A stretch of DNA of 64,000 bases from Escherichia phage fDHCT2. A program made the position numbers and the translations under genes. Positions within the stretch are counted from its first letter, which is position 1. The number at the start of each line of letters is the position of its first letter. This document shows, one piece after another, positions 40,638-51,935 of this stretch. The stretch lies in sequence record OR427838.1. One strand, written 5' to 3'. The notes under the pieces were generated by a model that ran no database searches, was not told where the DNA came from, and saw nothing but the letters and a program-made list of their open reading frames with translations.

Positions 40638-40936
40638 AACAAGAAATCCAAGGTATTAGTTTTTTGCGTTCGTGCCATTGAAGGACGAAGCAAGTTATCA
40701 TCAATGGCTTCGTTCATAATTTTATCAATAATTCCTGCAGGCAAATAACGAGCAAAGTTACCTTCAGGGATGCTGTTCTCTTCCAACCATGCGGTAGCCG
40801 CTTCGAGGTAACTACAACCTTCAGCCTCAACAAAGGCCTCAATATCAAGGCCATTCTGTTGTTTATTTACCAATACATGGACAGGTTCAGAAGCGGTATT
40901 AACCGCTCCATCAAAATCATTCAAAGATTGTGTCAT
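40634..40936 (-). CDS. 33: Late transcription co-activator gp33
   Basis: 100 aa; C-terminal clamp-binding type tail ..LDFLL; syntenic. Confidence 0.8.
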   Translation of the reverse strand: MTQSLNDFDGAVNTASEPVHVLVNKQQNGLDIEAFVEAEGCSYLEAATAWLEENSIPEGNFARYLPAGIIDKIMNEAIDDNLLRPSMARTQKTNTLDFLL

Positions 40937-41186
40937 ACAGTTCTACCACTTCAGTTTTTTCGTCTTCGAAACGTTCACGAGTGCCTTTATGATACAGTGA
41001 GAACAGCTGGTTAAACATTTTACCGTCGACACCAAGTTCAGTCTTAGCACGGTCTTTGATATCTTTAATTTCATCGCCATAGGCTTCCATTTTTAATTTA
41101 GTATCGGAAGCAGACTTAATCAGTTGTGCCAATGTGTTACCATGTTCTTCTTGATTGAATTCAACTTTCACTTTTTCTTTAGCCAT
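40917..41186 (-). CDS. dsbA: dsDNA-binding protein DsbA
   Basis: About 89 aa from first ATG (MAKEKVKV..; long ORF begins with GTG); SD AAGGTG; syntenic. Confidence 0.7.
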   Translation of the reverse strand: MAKEKVKVEFNQEEHGNTLAQLIKSASDTKLKMEAYGDEIKDIKDRAKTELGVDGKMFNQLFSLYHKGTRERFEDEKTEVVELYDTIFE

Positions 41187-41196
41187 TATATTCACC

Positions 41197-42144
41197 TTAA
41201 TAAAAATCAGCTACCGTAGCAGTTAGTTTAGACAAACCAGATTTAACGAAATAAGGATAGACTTTAGATTTCGAAGGTTTGTTATACGTATTATATCTTT
41301 CGGTAATTAAAGCAACAATATCATCTGGAATAAAGTCCATATCAATTAAGATTTGGTTTTCACAGAAACGTTCATATTGTTCCTCAGTAAGAAGTGTTTT
41401 AATTATATCATGGTCATAATAATTCAGAGCAATCGCTTCAAGTTCCTTGGCACGGGTGCTAGGAGTACGTTCGCCTTCAACCATTGTCAACCAGTAGTCA
41501 CCACGAACTTTAATACTTGCAACGTTATCCTTGCGGTCACCTTTAATAACCTTAGTCACACAATCAAGCAGAGCATCACCAGATTTTGTTTTGACGAATT
41601 TTTTCTGCATTGGAGACCATTGTTTTACACCAGGGAATTTATGAAGTTGGGTAAAGTCGCCATCAGAAGAACCAATCATAACAGGATGGCCTAAAGCCGT
41701 AAGGATGCGAGTCAATACAGCAATATGGTCATCGGCCTCTATTGTATCGATATTCATAACAATATAAGGCATGTTTTGTTCCAGTTCATCCACAATAATA
41801 TGCATTGCAGTGAATAAGCCTTCCCAATCAAATGGTGATTCGTCACGAGCCTTAGCACGGTTTTTCTTATAATAAGAAGAATAACGACGACGCCAATAAC
41901 CCGATTTAGAGTTATCAACACAAATGATTAGTTGGTTGTAACCTTGTTTACGGAAGTCTTTAATATTTTTCTTAATTGAATTCAAGACGAGGTGTCGAAG
42001 CATTGCTGTAGTTACTTTAGGAAATCCAGCGTTTTCACCAAATTCTTGGAAGGCCGCCGCCATAATGATTTGGCTGAAATCTAGGAGTAAAAATCCATCT
42101 TTTTGTTGGTCTTCTTCAGGAAGTAAAAAATCTAAATCGTTCAT
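41197..42144 (-). CDS. rnh: RNase H / 5'-3' flap exonuclease
   Basis: Start at ATG 42144 (MNDLDFLL.., SD GAGG); strong similarity to recalled T4 RNase H (CVDNSKSGYWRR, IEADDHIAVL, SSDGDFTQLHK). Confidence 0.9.
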   Translation of the reverse strand: MNDLDFLLPEEDQQKDGFLLLDFSQIIMAAAFQEFGENAGFPKVTTAMLRHLVLNSIKKNIKDFRKQGYNQLIICVDNSKSGYWRRRYSSYYKKNRAKARDESPFDWEGLFTAMHIIVDELEQNMPYIVMNIDTIEADDHIAVLTRILTALGHPVMIGSSDGDFTQLHKFPGVKQWSPMQKKFVKTKSGDALLDCVTKVIKGDRKDNVASIKVRGDYWLTMVEGERTPSTRAKELEAIALNYYDHDIIKTLLTEEQYERFCENQILIDMDFIPDDIVALITERYNTYNKPSKSKVYPYFVKSGLSKLTATVADFY

Positions 42145-42175
42145 ATGAACCTCTGTCCAAGTAGTTGAGAGGTTC

Positions 42176-42204
42176 ATTATATCATGACCCTAGAAGAAGT
42201 AAAC
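42176..42204 (-). promoter_or_regulatory. T4-type early promoter (minus) for rnh
   Basis: GTTTAC-17 bp-TATAAT; -10 overlaps the first in-frame ATG of the long ORF, so transcripts start downstream of it. Confidence 0.5.
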
Positions 42205-42211
42205 ACTTTGC

Positions 42212-42219
42212 TATAAATA
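42212..42219 (+). promoter_or_regulatory. Late promoter TATAAATA for gene 34
   Basis: TATAAATA about 32 nt upstream of the gene 34 ATG with SD AAAGGAAA. Confidence 0.7.
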
Positions 42220-42251
42220 GTTCTATACCCTGAAAACGAAAAGGAAATAAA

Positions 42252-45200
42252 ATGGCCGATATTTTAAAACCTGCATTCCGTGCTACATCCGGACTCGATG
42301 CTGCGGGCGAGAAAGTTATCAATGTTGCCAAAGCCGATTACAATGTATTAGATGATGGCGTCAACGTTGAATTCTTTATAGATGAGAACACCATCCAGGC
42401 GTACGACGAGACGCGCGGATATAAGAAAGGGTTTGCAGTAATCCATGACCAACGTATCTGGGTTGCTCAACGTGATATCGCTGCACCAGCCGGAACTTTT
42501 GTGCCTGGTTATTGGACCGCTACCCGTACTGACCCTAAATGGATTACCGTAGCGTCTCCTACACGCCAGCTGGCTTCCGGTGAATATATTGCGGTGGATT
42601 CTGCTGCTAGCTTTACTACATTTACCCTGCCTCCGAACCCTACTGACGGTGATACAATCGTAATCAAGGATATTGGTGGTCGTGTAGGTTATAATGAAAT
42701 TAAGCTCCAGTCTAGTTCTGCTCCAGGCGGCGGTAATCAGAAAATTGTTCGTTTTGGTAATCAGTTCACTGAGACCTTAATTACGAAGCCTTTTTCTTAT
42801 AATATGATTATCTTTGCCAACCGTTTATGGCATTTCTGGGAAGCAGCTAATGAAGAACGTGGTATTCGTGTAGAACCGAACACCGCTCAGTTCCAATCAC
42901 AAGCGGGTGATAACGTTTTGCGCCGTTATACTTCAGGTGCAGTAATTAAGTTTACTCTTCCTAAGTATGCGAACCAAGGCGATATGATTAAAACCGTTGA
43001 TATTGATGGTTTAGGAAGTAAGTTCCATTTAATCGTTGAAACGTTTGATGCTTCATCTTCATTAGGTAAGCTCGGCCAACATAGCATGGAATTCCGTACT
43101 TCCGGTGATGGATTCTTTGTTTATAACTCTACTGAAAAATTATGGTATGTTTGGGACGGTGATCGTCAAACTCGTTTACGCGTAATTCGTGACGATGTTG
43201 AACTCTTGGCTAACGAAAGCGTTATTGTTTTTGGCCCTAATAATACAACACCGCAGACGATTAATATCACTTTACCTACAGGCGTAGCCCAGGGTGATGT
43301 AGTTAAGATTGCTCTGAACTATCTCCGTAAAGCTCAGACGGTAAATATTAAGGCCGCTGTAGGAGATAAAATAGCTTCTTCGGTTCAATTGCTCCAGTTC
43401 CCTAAACGTTCTGAATATCCGCCAGATACTGAATGGGTATTGAATGATGTATTGACCTTCAATGGTAACTTAAGTTATACTCCGGTTATTGAACTGAGTT
43501 ATATTGAAGACTCCACTACAGGTGGCAAATATTGGGTTGTTGCTCAGAACGTTCCTACTGTAGAACGTGTAGATTCTAAAGATGATTTAACCCGTGCTCG
43601 TCTTGGTGTTATTGCTCTGGCGTCTCAGACCCAAGCAAACGTCGACCATGAAAATAATCCTGAAAAAGAACTGGCTATCACCCCACAGACTTTAGCCAAT
43701 CGTGTAGCTACCGAATCACGTCGTGGTATTGCTCGTATTGCTACTACTGCTCAGGTAAACCAGAACACAACTTTCGCGTTCCAGGACGATTTGATTATTT
43801 CTCCTAAGAAATTAAACGAACGTACTGCAACCGAAACTCGTCGTGGTGTTGCTGAAATTGCTACGCAAGTTGAAACTGATGCCGGTGTTGATGATACAAC
43901 CATTATCACTCCTAAGAAGCTACAGACGCGCCAGGGAACTGAAAGCCTGTCTGGTATAGTAAAATATGTATCTACCACAGGAACCACTCCTGCGGACTCC
44001 AGAGCAACTGTAGGTACTAACGTTTATAATAAGAATACAACTACTTTAGTTATTTCTCCTAAAGCTTTAGACCAGTATAAAGCCGACCAAAATAACCAAG
44101 GTGCTGTATATCTTGCTACGCAAGCCGAAGTTAATGCGGGTGCTACTAACCCAGGTTTTAGTAACTCGGTTGTCACACCTGAAACATTAGGTGCTCGTCG
44201 TTCTACTGATACTAATCATGGTTTAATTGAAATTGCTACGCAAGCAGAGACTGATACTGGAACTGATTATACTCGTGCGGTAACGCCTAAGACGTTAAAT
44301 GACAGGAATGCTACTCAAACACTTACTGGTATTGCTCGTATTGGTACTCAAGTAGAATTTGATGCAGGTGTATTAGATAATGTTATTTCAACTCCGTTGA
44401 AAGTTAAAACAAGATTTAATGATACTGCTAGAACTTCTGTCTCAGCAGCCAGTGGTTTGATTGAATCAGGAACCTTATGGAACCATTATACACTAGATAT
44501 CCGTGAAGCAAGTAATACTCAACGTGGTACAGCTCGTTTGGCGACCCAAACTGAAGTTAATACTGGTACCGATGATAAAACAATCATCACTCCGCTTAAG
44601 CTTCAAGCTAAAAAGGCTACCGAAAACGCTGAAGGTATTATCCAACTCGCTACTCAGGCCGAAGTTATTGCGGGTACGATAAGTAATAAAGCGTTTAGTC
44701 CCAAGCATTACAAATATGTCGTCCAACAGGAAAAATCCTGGGAAGCTACTTCTGCTCGTAGAGGATATGTTAAATTAACCACAGGTACCGCCACTTGGGA
44801 AGGCGATGATACTAATGGCTCTGTTGCTAACCTGGCTAAATTTGAAGACGATGGTTTTGCTATTTCACCACTTCAGATGAACACCGCATTAACTCACTAT
44901 CTTCCTATTAAAGGTAAGGCTTTTGACTCCGATAAATTGGACAACCTGGATAGCTCTCAGTTCGTCAGGAGAGATATCGACCAAATAGTTGAAGGAACAT
45001 TAACCCTTCGTAAAAACATCAGAGTGGATGGCCAGTTGGCTACAGGCGGTACCGGTGAATTTGGTGGTTCTTTAGCAGCTAATAGTACATTTACCCTCCG
45101 TAATACAGGAACGGCTACTCGTATAATATTTGAAAAAGGTCCTCAAACAGGAACTAACCCTGTTCAATCTATGAGTATTCGCGTATGGGGTAACCAGTAC

Positions 45201-46151
45201 GGCGGTGGTTCTGATACATCCCGTTCTACGGTATTTGAAGTCGGCGATGAAACATCTAATCACTTTTATTCTCAACGCAATAAAGATGGTAATATAGCAT
45301 TTAGCATTAATGGTACTGTAATGCCAATAAATGTTAATGCTTCAGGCTTGATGAATGTGAACGGCGTTGCAACATTTGGTCGTTCAGTGACTGCACAGGG
45401 CGAATTTATAACCTATAGTGCAAACGCATTTAGAGCTATTAGTGGACAGTACGGGTTCTTTATTCGTAATGATAACTCGAACATCTATTTCATGCTTACA
45501 AATGCAAATGACCAGACTGGTGGCTTTAACGGATTAAGACCATTAGCTATTAGTAATACATCTGGCCAAGTAACGATTGGTGAAAGCTTAATCATTGCCA
45601 AAGGTGCTACTATAAATTTGGGTGGTTTAACAGTTAACTCGAGAATTCGTTCGCAAGGTACTAAACCCGCTGACCTTTATTCGAGAAAACCAAATGCTGA
45701 TAACACCGGGTTTTGGTCTGTTGACGTTAATGATTCAGCCACATATAATCAGTTCCCTGGTTATTTTGAAATGGTCGAAAAAGTTAACGAAGTAACAGGA
45801 TTGCCTTACTTAGAACGTGGTGCAGAGATTAAATCCCCTGGCACATTGACCCAGTTTGGTAATACCCTGAATTCGTTATACCAAGATTGGATTACTTATC
45901 CTGCTAATGCCAACGCACGTACTACTCGTTGGACCCGTACATGGCAGCAAAGTAAAAATGCATGGTCGGGTTTTGTTCAGGTGTTTGATGGCGGTAACCC
46001 TCCTCAACCTTCTGATATCGGCGCCCTTCCGGCGGATAACGCTTCGATGAGTAACTTGACCATTCGTGATTGGTTACGTATTGGTAACGTTCGTATAGTT
46101 CCTGACCCGGTAACTCGTTCTGTTAAATTCGAATGGATTGATACACCATAA
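42252..46151 (+). CDS. 34: Long tail fibre proximal subunit gp34
   Basis: 1299 aa; repetitive shaft motifs (..RRG.A.IAT..) and position/size as T4 gp34. Confidence 0.95.
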   Translation: MADILKPAFRATSGLDAAGEKVINVAKADYNVLDDGVNVEFFIDENTIQAYDETRGYKKGFAVIHDQRIWVAQRDIAAPAGTFVPGYWTATRTDPKWITVASPTRQLASGEYIAVDSAASFTTFTLPPNPTDGDTIVIKDIGGRVGYNEIKLQSSSAPGGGNQKIVRFGNQFTETLITKPFSYNMIIFANRLWHFWEAANEERGIRVEPNTAQFQSQAGDNVLRRYTSGAVIKFTLPKYANQGDMIKTVDIDGLGSKFHLIVETFDASSSLGKLGQHSMEFRTSGDGFFVYNSTEKLWYVWDGDRQTRLRVIRDDVELLANESVIVFGPNNTTPQTINITLPTGVAQGDVVKIALNYLRKAQTVNIKAAVGDKIASSVQLLQFPKRSEYPPDTEWVLNDVLTFNGNLSYTPVIELSYIEDSTTGGKYWVVAQNVPTVERVDSKDDLTRARLGVIALASQTQANVDHENNPEKELAITPQTLANRVATESRRGIARIATTAQVNQNTTFAFQDDLIISPKKLNERTATETRRGVAEIATQVETDAGVDDTTIITPKKLQTRQGTESLSGIVKYVSTTGTTPADSRATVGTNVYNKNTTTLVISPKALDQYKADQNNQGAVYLATQAEVNAGATNPGFSNSVVTPETLGARRSTDTNHGLIEIATQAETDTGTDYTRAVTPKTLNDRNATQTLTGIARIGTQVEFDAGVLDNVISTPLKVKTRFNDTARTSVSAASGLIESGTLWNHYTLDIREASNTQRGTARLATQTEVNTGTDDKTIITPLKLQAKKATENAEGIIQLATQAEVIAGTISNKAFSPKHYKYVVQQEKSWEATSARRGYVKLTTGTATWEGDDTNGSVANLAKFEDDGFAISPLQMNTALTHYLPIKGKAFDSDKLDNLDSSQFVRRDIDQIVEGTLTLRKNIRVDGQLATGGTGEFGGSLAANSTFTLRNTGTATRIIFEKGPQTGTNPVQSMSIRVWGNQYGGGSDTSRSTVFEVGDETSNHFYSQRNKDGNIAFSINGTVMPINVNASGLMNVNGVATFGRSVTAQGEFITYSANAFRAISGQYGFFIRNDNSNIYFMLTNANDQTGGFNGLRPLAISNTSGQVTIGESLIIAKGATINLGGLTVNSRIRSQGTKPADLYSRKPNADNTGFWSVDVNDSATYNQFPGYFEMVEKVNEVTGLPYLERGAEIKSPGTLTQFGNTLNSLYQDWITYPANANARTTRWTRTWQQSKNAWSGFVQVFDGGNPPQPSDIGALPADNASMSNLTIRDWLRIGNVRIVPDPVTRSVKFEWIDTP

Positions 46152-46159
46152 GAGGTAAT

Positions 46160-47284
46160 ATGGAAAGATTTATGGCTGAATTTGGACAAGATTACGTTCA
46201 AATTCCTGTACTATCTGAAAATAATGCCGTTAGTTATAAACTTAGTATAGCAGGGAGCTGTACTAAGTCTACTAAAAAGGCTTATATCAAATTTCAAGAT
46301 GAGGACTTCGGTCCTCAGAATTTCCAATCTGGCCTAAATTTGGTTGAAATAGACCCAACAAATAACACAATAGTAACTACAAAATCATACGCATTTACCA
46401 AAGACCATGATGTTATTTCCCAAGCGTTTATAACTTATATTTCATCTATACCCGCTGGTAGAATTGTTTGCTTTATTTCTTCTGGTAAATTAAACGCCTC
46501 ACAGATATTAATTGATTGGTTTAGAGCTTCCGGTTCTACAGCATTTCCGGATAAATGGCTTATTGATAAAGTGGATACTTCTTATTCAGCTTTTTACGTT
46601 TCAGGAAGAAATGCTATTGTAATGGAACATGTGCTTTATAACGACGGCGCTTTGGTAGAAGACGTTTCTACTCCATTAGAAGTCGTTTATGACAATTTTA
46701 ATGATGTAGGAGGAACTGGGTTCCCTGTTAGAGTCATTGAAGATGAAAACACTTACTATAGTGGAGCTACTCAAGAAATTAAAAGGTTTCCTACCAATTC
46801 CGCTATAACTCCTTGTGCCGGTTATAATATGGCCCCTGGAGATTTCTTTTATCTTAAATTCCAAATGACCTATGACCAGGCTTTAAAAGATTTAGGGACG
46901 ACCCAGATGTCCATACGATTTTTTAATGGCCAAGAAATGCTTCAATCCACTGATATCAATATTCCTGTAGGAGCAGGCTCTCCACCGGCAGGCGCATGGA
47001 TGACTTTTGAGCGCGTAATAGAAGTTCCGCCAAATGCCAATGGTTTTACATTATATTGTAGAAAAACTGTCTCAGGCGGAGTAGGAGGTGTTAGGAATGT
47101 TATGTTTGGTGAAATAGCTAGACCTGAAGATACCCCTAAATCCGCTGAAATCGGTGTTAATGGTATTCGTATGAGCTATGGTACCGAAACCCGTTCAATG
47201 GGTAATGTTATTGCACAATTGAATGACAAATCATCTGGTAACGCAGGTAAAGTATTTGTTCAAGAATTTAAAGAAAAATATTAA
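46160..47284 (+). CDS. 35: Long tail fibre hinge protein gp35
   Basis: 374 aa, syntenic between 34 and 36. Confidence 0.85.
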   Translation: MERFMAEFGQDYVQIPVLSENNAVSYKLSIAGSCTKSTKKAYIKFQDEDFGPQNFQSGLNLVEIDPTNNTIVTTKSYAFTKDHDVISQAFITYISSIPAGRIVCFISSGKLNASQILIDWFRASGSTAFPDKWLIDKVDTSYSAFYVSGRNAIVMEHVLYNDGALVEDVSTPLEVVYDNFNDVGGTGFPVRVIEDENTYYSGATQEIKRFPTNSAITPCAGYNMAPGDFFYLKFQMTYDQALKDLGTTQMSIRFFNGQEMLQSTDINIPVGAGSPPAGAWMTFERVIEVPPNANGFTLYCRKTVSGGVGGVRNVMFGEIARPEDTPKSAEIGVNGIRMSYGTETRSMGNVIAQLNDKSSGNAGKVFVQEFKEKY

Positions 47285-47305
47285 GGGACCGTAAGGTCCC
47301 TTTTT
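47285..47305 (+). terminator. Intrinsic terminator after gene 35
   Basis: gggaccgtaaggtccc (GNRA loop) followed by TTTTT. Confidence 0.7.
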
Positions 47306-47307
47306 GC

Positions 47308-47315
47308 TATAAATA
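47308..47315 (+). promoter_or_regulatory. Late promoter TATAAATA for genes 36-37-38
   Basis: TATAAATA about 25 nt upstream of gene 36 ATG, SD AAAGAGGAA. Confidence 0.7.
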
Positions 47316-47340
47316 CGTTATCTAATAAAGAGGAATAACT

Positions 47341-47988
47341 ATGGCTGATTTAAAATTAGGCTCAACCGCCGGAGGTTCCGTTATATGGCACCAAGGCAAC
47401 TTTCCGCTGACGCCGGTATCAAATGATATTTTATATAAAACCTACAAAATCTATACCGAATTTAATAAGCCCCAAGCTACAGATAACGACTTTGTTTCTA
47501 AGGCAGCCGGAGGTACATATAAAGGTACTGTTAATTTTGAAAAAGGTATAACTTTTAACGACTCTGCCGGGTATGCTATTAAATTGGGTGCCAGAGAAGG
47601 CGGGCAACCTTTTACCGCTTCATTTAAGATTAAAGGGTCTTTTGGCCTTGAAACTGAAACGGGGACCCCATTTGTAATCTTCAACCCGAGCACTACAGTA
47701 GGAGCTAACCGTCTTACAGTAATGGGTGATATCCTTGGTCGTCAAATTAAAGACGAATCAGGTCGAGTGTTTTCTCCAGGGAATGCTCCGACAAAAGCCC
47801 AGGTAGGATTAAGTGATGTGGATAACGCAAAACAGGTCCAAATAAATAATAGTAACATACAATCTATGGCTGGCGTTCTTTCAGCCCCGAATTTCATATC
47901 TAGGAGCCCAGGTACATTGAACGAACACGTTCCTCGTATTGACCAGGTTGTTCTTAGAGGTACATCTGAAGATTTTGGATATTATTAA
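47341..47988 (+). CDS. 36: Long tail fibre distal connector gp36
   Basis: 215 aa (T4 gp36 221 aa), syntenic. Confidence 0.85.
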   Translation: MADLKLGSTAGGSVIWHQGNFPLTPVSNDILYKTYKIYTEFNKPQATDNDFVSKAAGGTYKGTVNFEKGITFNDSAGYAIKLGAREGGQPFTASFKIKGSFGLETETGTPFVIFNPSTTVGANRLTVMGDILGRQIKDESGRVFSPGNAPTKAQVGLSDVDNAKQVQINNSNIQSMAGVLSAPNFISRSPGTLNEHVPRIDQVVLRGTSEDFGYY

Positions 47989-47996
47989 GAGGCATT

Positions 47997-50900
47997 ATGG
48001 CTACTTTAAAATCGATACAATTTAAAAGAAGTAAAACACCAGGAGCCAAGCCTACTGCAGCTCAGTTAGATGAAGGCGAACTGGCTATTAACTTGCGTGA
48101 CCGCACTATTTTTACCAAGTCAGACCAAGGACAGATTATTGATTTAGGTTTTGCTAAAGGTGGTACTGTCGACGGCGATGTGACTATTAATGGAACTTTA
48201 CGCATTAACGGTCCATTAAACAATTTTGGAAACTTTTCTACAAGCGGGTCGATTACAGCGGGCACTAGTATTTCGGGCCAAACTTTTAGAGCGTTGCAAG
48301 GCTCGTTTTATGCAAGGGCACCAAACGACGCATCGAATGCCCATTTATGGCTTGAAAATGCCGATGGTGTTGAACGGGGTGTTATATATGCTCGGCCTCA
48401 AACTACAACCGCTGGTGAAATACGTCTTAGAGTTAGACAAGGAACCGGAAGCACTATTAATAGTGAATTCTATTTCCGTTCTATAAACGGCGGTGAATTT
48501 CAAGCCAACCGTATTTTAGCATCAGATTCGTTAGTAACTAAACGCATTGCAGCTGATACAGTTATCCACGGTGGCAAAGCCTTTGGTGTATATGATACGG
48601 ATTCATTAGTTAATTATGTATATCCAGGCACCGGCGAAACAAATGGTGTAAACTATCTTCGTAAAGTTCGTGCTAAATCCGGCGGCACTATGTGGCATGA
48701 ACTTTGCACTGCCCAACTAGGCCAAGCCGATGAAATGTCTTGGTGGACAGGTAATACCCCACAGTCAAAACAGTATGGTATTCGTAACGATGGCCGAATG
48801 GCTGGCCGTAATAGCCTTGCATTAGGTACATTCACTACAGATTTCCCGTCTAGCGATTATGGTAACGTCGGTGTAATGGGTGATAAGTATCTTGTTCTCG
48901 GTGACACTGTAACTGGTCTGAAATATATTAAACAATATGTTTATGATTTAGTTGGTGGGGGTTATTCAGTTGCTTCTATTACTCCTGATAGTTTCCGTAG
49001 TACTCGTAAAGGTTTATTTGGACGTTCAGAAGACCAAGGCGCTACATGGATTATGCCAGGCACGAATGCTGCATTTTTATCAGCCCAAACTCAGGCTGAC
49101 GGGAATACAGCTGGTGATGGTCAGACACATATTGGTTATAACTCTGGTGGAAAAATGTCACACTATTTCCGCGGTAGAGGTCAAACCAATATTAACACCC
49201 AAGAAGGTATGGAACTTAACCCAGGTATTCTTAAACTAGTAACCGGTGCAAATAATGTAATGTTTTATGCTGATGGTGGTATTACATCCACTAAGCAGCT
49301 TTCAATTTATAATGGTGTTTATCTTGCAGCTAATAACTCAACCGCAGGTTTGACTTTTTCGGCAACTACCACTATTGATGGCACCAAACAAATTCTTTGG
49401 GAAGGTGGTACTCGAGCAGGCCAGAATAAGAGTTATGTAACTGTTAAAGCATGGGGTAATTCATTTAACGCCACTGGCGATAAATATCGTGAAACTGTAT
49501 TTGAAGTTAGTGACGGACAAGGATACCATTTTTATTCTCAACGTGGTGCGCCTACAGGTGACGAAACTATCGGCCCTGTATTAATGCAAGTTTCAGGTTC
49601 TTTAAATGCAAGAGGAACATTAAACGCCGGTGCCAATCTTTATGTGGGAGGATTGAGTACACATGAAGGTGCTGTGACCATGAATAATGGGCTTAATTTA
49701 ACTGGTGGGGCTTCAATTAACGGACAAGTTAAAATGGGTGGTACCGCTGATGCATTAAGAATTTGGAATGCCGAATATGGTATGATTTTCCGACGTTCGG
49801 AATCCGGTTCTTCTTCTTCATTCCATCTTATTCCTACCCTCCAGAATGCTGGCGAAAACGGTGGAATAAGTGACCTTCGCCCGCTTTCCATTAATTTGGC
49901 TAATGGCACGGTTCTAATGGGTAATAAAAGTGCTGGGTATGGTCCACTTTTCACAGTCGACAACGTAAGTAAATTTGTTCGGACCGACTGTAGACTGCGC
50001 GTTAATATGGATTCCGATGCCATTGTAATAAATGCTTCATCCCAGGCGTCATCTAACTTTATCCAGGGACGTAAAGCAGATGTTACAAAATGGTATCTCG
50101 GTATTGGCGACGGCGGCAACGTTGTTCGTTTACATAACTATACCTACTCCCACGGTATTGCATTAAACTCTGACACTGTTGATATAACCAAGGCACTTAA
50201 AATTGGTTCCGATGTTCGTATTGGTCCTGACGGTAATATTACAGGCAGCACTGCATTAGAAAACTTTAAAAACCTGAACACAACGTTAGACCGTAAAGTT
50301 AACACAGGCGGGTGGTCGGGTGGTGCTACTACAGGTTGGTATAAATTTGCTACTGTAGAAATGCCACAATCGACAGGTACAGCATCCTTTAAAATATCAG
50401 GTGGGTCTGGGTTTAATTTTAAAAGTTATGGTCAGGCTTCAATAGCCGAAATAGTCCTTAGAACCGGCAATAATAACCCTAAAGGCCTTAATGCTACGCT
50501 GTGGAATAGAACTTATGAAGCCATTTCCCAGATTGCTTCGGTTAATACAAGCGAAGATATCTATGATATTTACGTTTACATTGGTGGGTATTCTAATTCT
50601 TTGGTGGTAGAATATACCTGCAGCAGCAATAGTAAAGTAACCGTAGTGGGTATTAATAGCGGTGTCCAGCCTTTGGTAGAAACATTACCTGAAGGTCATG
50701 TTGTAGGTAAATCTGTAAGAATGCTGAACAACCTTGACGGAATGTTTGCTGCCGGCGAATCAGATATTGTTACACGTGGTGAATACGTCGCTAATAACAA
50801 AAAAGGTATGCGTATTAAATCTAGTGGTAATGATATAGATTCTAATGCCGCTTTAATTAGAAACGATGGCGGAAGTTTTTATATTTTATTTACGGATAAA

Positions 50901-51899
50901 AATACCGCAGAAAACCCAAATGCAACCGATGGTGATTGGAATGGCTTAAGACCTTTCTCTATCAACATAGCTGATGGCCGCGTTGGTATGAACCATGGGT
51001 TAAATATTACTGGCGGTGGTCTGAACGTGGCAGGTGGCCTTAATGTTACCAGTGGTAATACTAGTTTAGGTAATATCTCATCTCGTGTGGTTGCAGGTTG
51101 GCGCGGTGCCTCTGGTTGGGGTGATAACTCAGACGCAATGAAATCTAAAATCACCTTTATGGCAGACCACGGTGATTTATCTAATTCAGGTAGTTATTAT
51201 CCTATTGTCGGTGCATACAGTAACTATGGTTCGGCGGGTTATCGTCAAACCTTTGAATTTGGTTGGGTCGGTTCCGGTACCACCGCTGGATGGCGTGACG
51301 GTATTATTCGTATACGTGGCGACAATGCCAACGGCCAACAGGCAAGATGGCGCTTTACAATGGACGGTCTTTTAGATTGCCCTGGTAAAGTACAGATGCC
51401 ACAAACAAGTGCCTTTGGCGTCAACACAACTAACTCACTCGGTGGAAGTAGTATAACATTTGGCGATAGTGATACCGGTATTAAGCAAAACGGTGATGGT
51501 TTACTTGATGTTTATGCGAACAGTGTACAAGTATTCCGTTTCCAAAACGGCGATTTGTACTCGTATAAAAATATAAATGCTCCTAACGTTTATATTCGCT
51601 CTGATATTCGTTTGAAATCTAACTTCAAACCAATTGAAAACGCTCTCGAAAAGGTTGAACAGCTTGATGGTTTAATCTATGATAAAGCTGATTATATTGG
51701 TGGTGAGGTTGTTCACACTGAAGCAGGTGTTATTGCACAGAGCCTGGAAAAAGTATTACCTGAAGCTATTCGTGAAGTTGAAGATATCAAAGGTAATAAA
51801 GTTCTGACCGTTTCGACTCAGGCCCAAGTGGCGCTGTTACTTGAAGCGGTTAAAACCCTGTCGGCTAAAGTAAAAGAACTTGAAGCTAAATTAAATTAA
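47997..51899 (+). CDS. 37: Long tail fibre distal subunit gp37 with C-terminal intramolecular-chaperone-like domain
   Basis: N-terminus [33 protein letters not shown] as recalled T4 gp37; 1300 aa; C-terminal about 100 aa (..[39 protein letters not shown]..coiled coil) resembles endosialidase-type chaperone domains. Confidence 0.9.
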   Translation: MATLKSIQFKRSKTPGAKPTAAQLDEGELAINLRDRTIFTKSDQGQIIDLGFAKGGTVDGDVTINGTLRINGPLNNFGNFSTSGSITAGTSISGQTFRALQGSFYARAPNDASNAHLWLENADGVERGVIYARPQTTTAGEIRLRVRQGTGSTINSEFYFRSINGGEFQANRILASDSLVTKRIAADTVIHGGKAFGVYDTDSLVNYVYPGTGETNGVNYLRKVRAKSGGTMWHELCTAQLGQADEMSWWTGNTPQSKQYGIRNDGRMAGRNSLALGTFTTDFPSSDYGNVGVMGDKYLVLGDTVTGLKYIKQYVYDLVGGGYSVASITPDSFRSTRKGLFGRSEDQGATWIMPGTNAAFLSAQTQADGNTAGDGQTHIGYNSGGKMSHYFRGRGQTNINTQEGMELNPGILKLVTGANNVMFYADGGITSTKQLSIYNGVYLAANNSTAGLTFSATTTIDGTKQILWEGGTRAGQNKSYVTVKAWGNSFNATGDKYRETVFEVSDGQGYHFYSQRGAPTGDETIGPVLMQVSGSLNARGTLNAGANLYVGGLSTHEGAVTMNNGLNLTGGASINGQVKMGGTADALRIWNAEYGMIFRRSESGSSSSFHLIPTLQNAGENGGISDLRPLSINLANGTVLMGNKSAGYGPLFTVDNVSKFVRTDCRLRVNMDSDAIVINASSQASSNFIQGRKADVTKWYLGIGDGGNVVRLHNYTYSHGIALNSDTVDITKALKIGSDVRIGPDGNITGSTALENFKNLNTTLDRKVNTGGWSGGATTGWYKFATVEMPQSTGTASFKISGGSGFNFKSYGQASIAEIVLRTGNNNPKGLNATLWNRTYEAISQIASVNTSEDIYDIYVYIGGYSNSLVVEYTCSSNSKVTVVGINSGVQPLVETLPEGHVVGKSVRMLNNLDGMFAAGESDIVTRGEYVANNKKGMRIKSSGNDIDSNAALIRNDGGSFYILFTDKNTAENPNATDGDWNGLRPFSINIADGRVGMNHGLNITGGGLNVAGGLNVTSGNTSLGNISSRVVAGWRGASGWGDNSDAMKSKITFMADHGDLSNSGSYYPIVGAYSNYGSAGYRQTFEFGWVGSGTTAGWRDGIIRIRGDNANGQQARWRFTMDGLLDCPGKVQMPQTSAFGVNTTNSLGGSSITFGDSDTGIKQNGDGLLDVYANSVQVFRFQNGDLYSYKNINAPNVYIRSDIRLKSNFKPIENALEKVEQLDGLIYDKADYIGGEVVHTEAGVIAQSLEKVLPEAIREVEDIKGNKVLTVSTQAQVALLLEAVKTLSAKVKELEAKLN

Positions 51900-51909
51900 A
51901 TTAAGAAAA

Positions 51910-51923
51910 GGGCCTTCGGGCCC
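51910..51923 (+). promoter_or_regulatory. UUCG-tetraloop hairpin between genes 37 and 38 (no U-tract)
   Basis: gggccttcgggccc, 11 nt after gp37 stop; followed by SD AAGGA of gene 38 rather than a T-run. Confidence 0.5.
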
Positions 51924-51935
51924 TAAGGATTTATT

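Noticed and set aside
42145-42177. Longer N-terminal extensions of rnh, uvsY, gp51, motA and several small genes as given by the longest-ORF track
   Set aside because: Extensions lack SD sequences, overlap promoters or upstream genes, and the internal ATGs have canonical GAGG/GGAG spacing and match T4 protein N-termini.
49640-50119. 159-aa minus-strand ORF (and other internal ORFs 48062-48265, 50879-51154) within gene 37
   Set aside because: Embedded in the gp37 coding sequence on the opposite strand; no regulatory signals.
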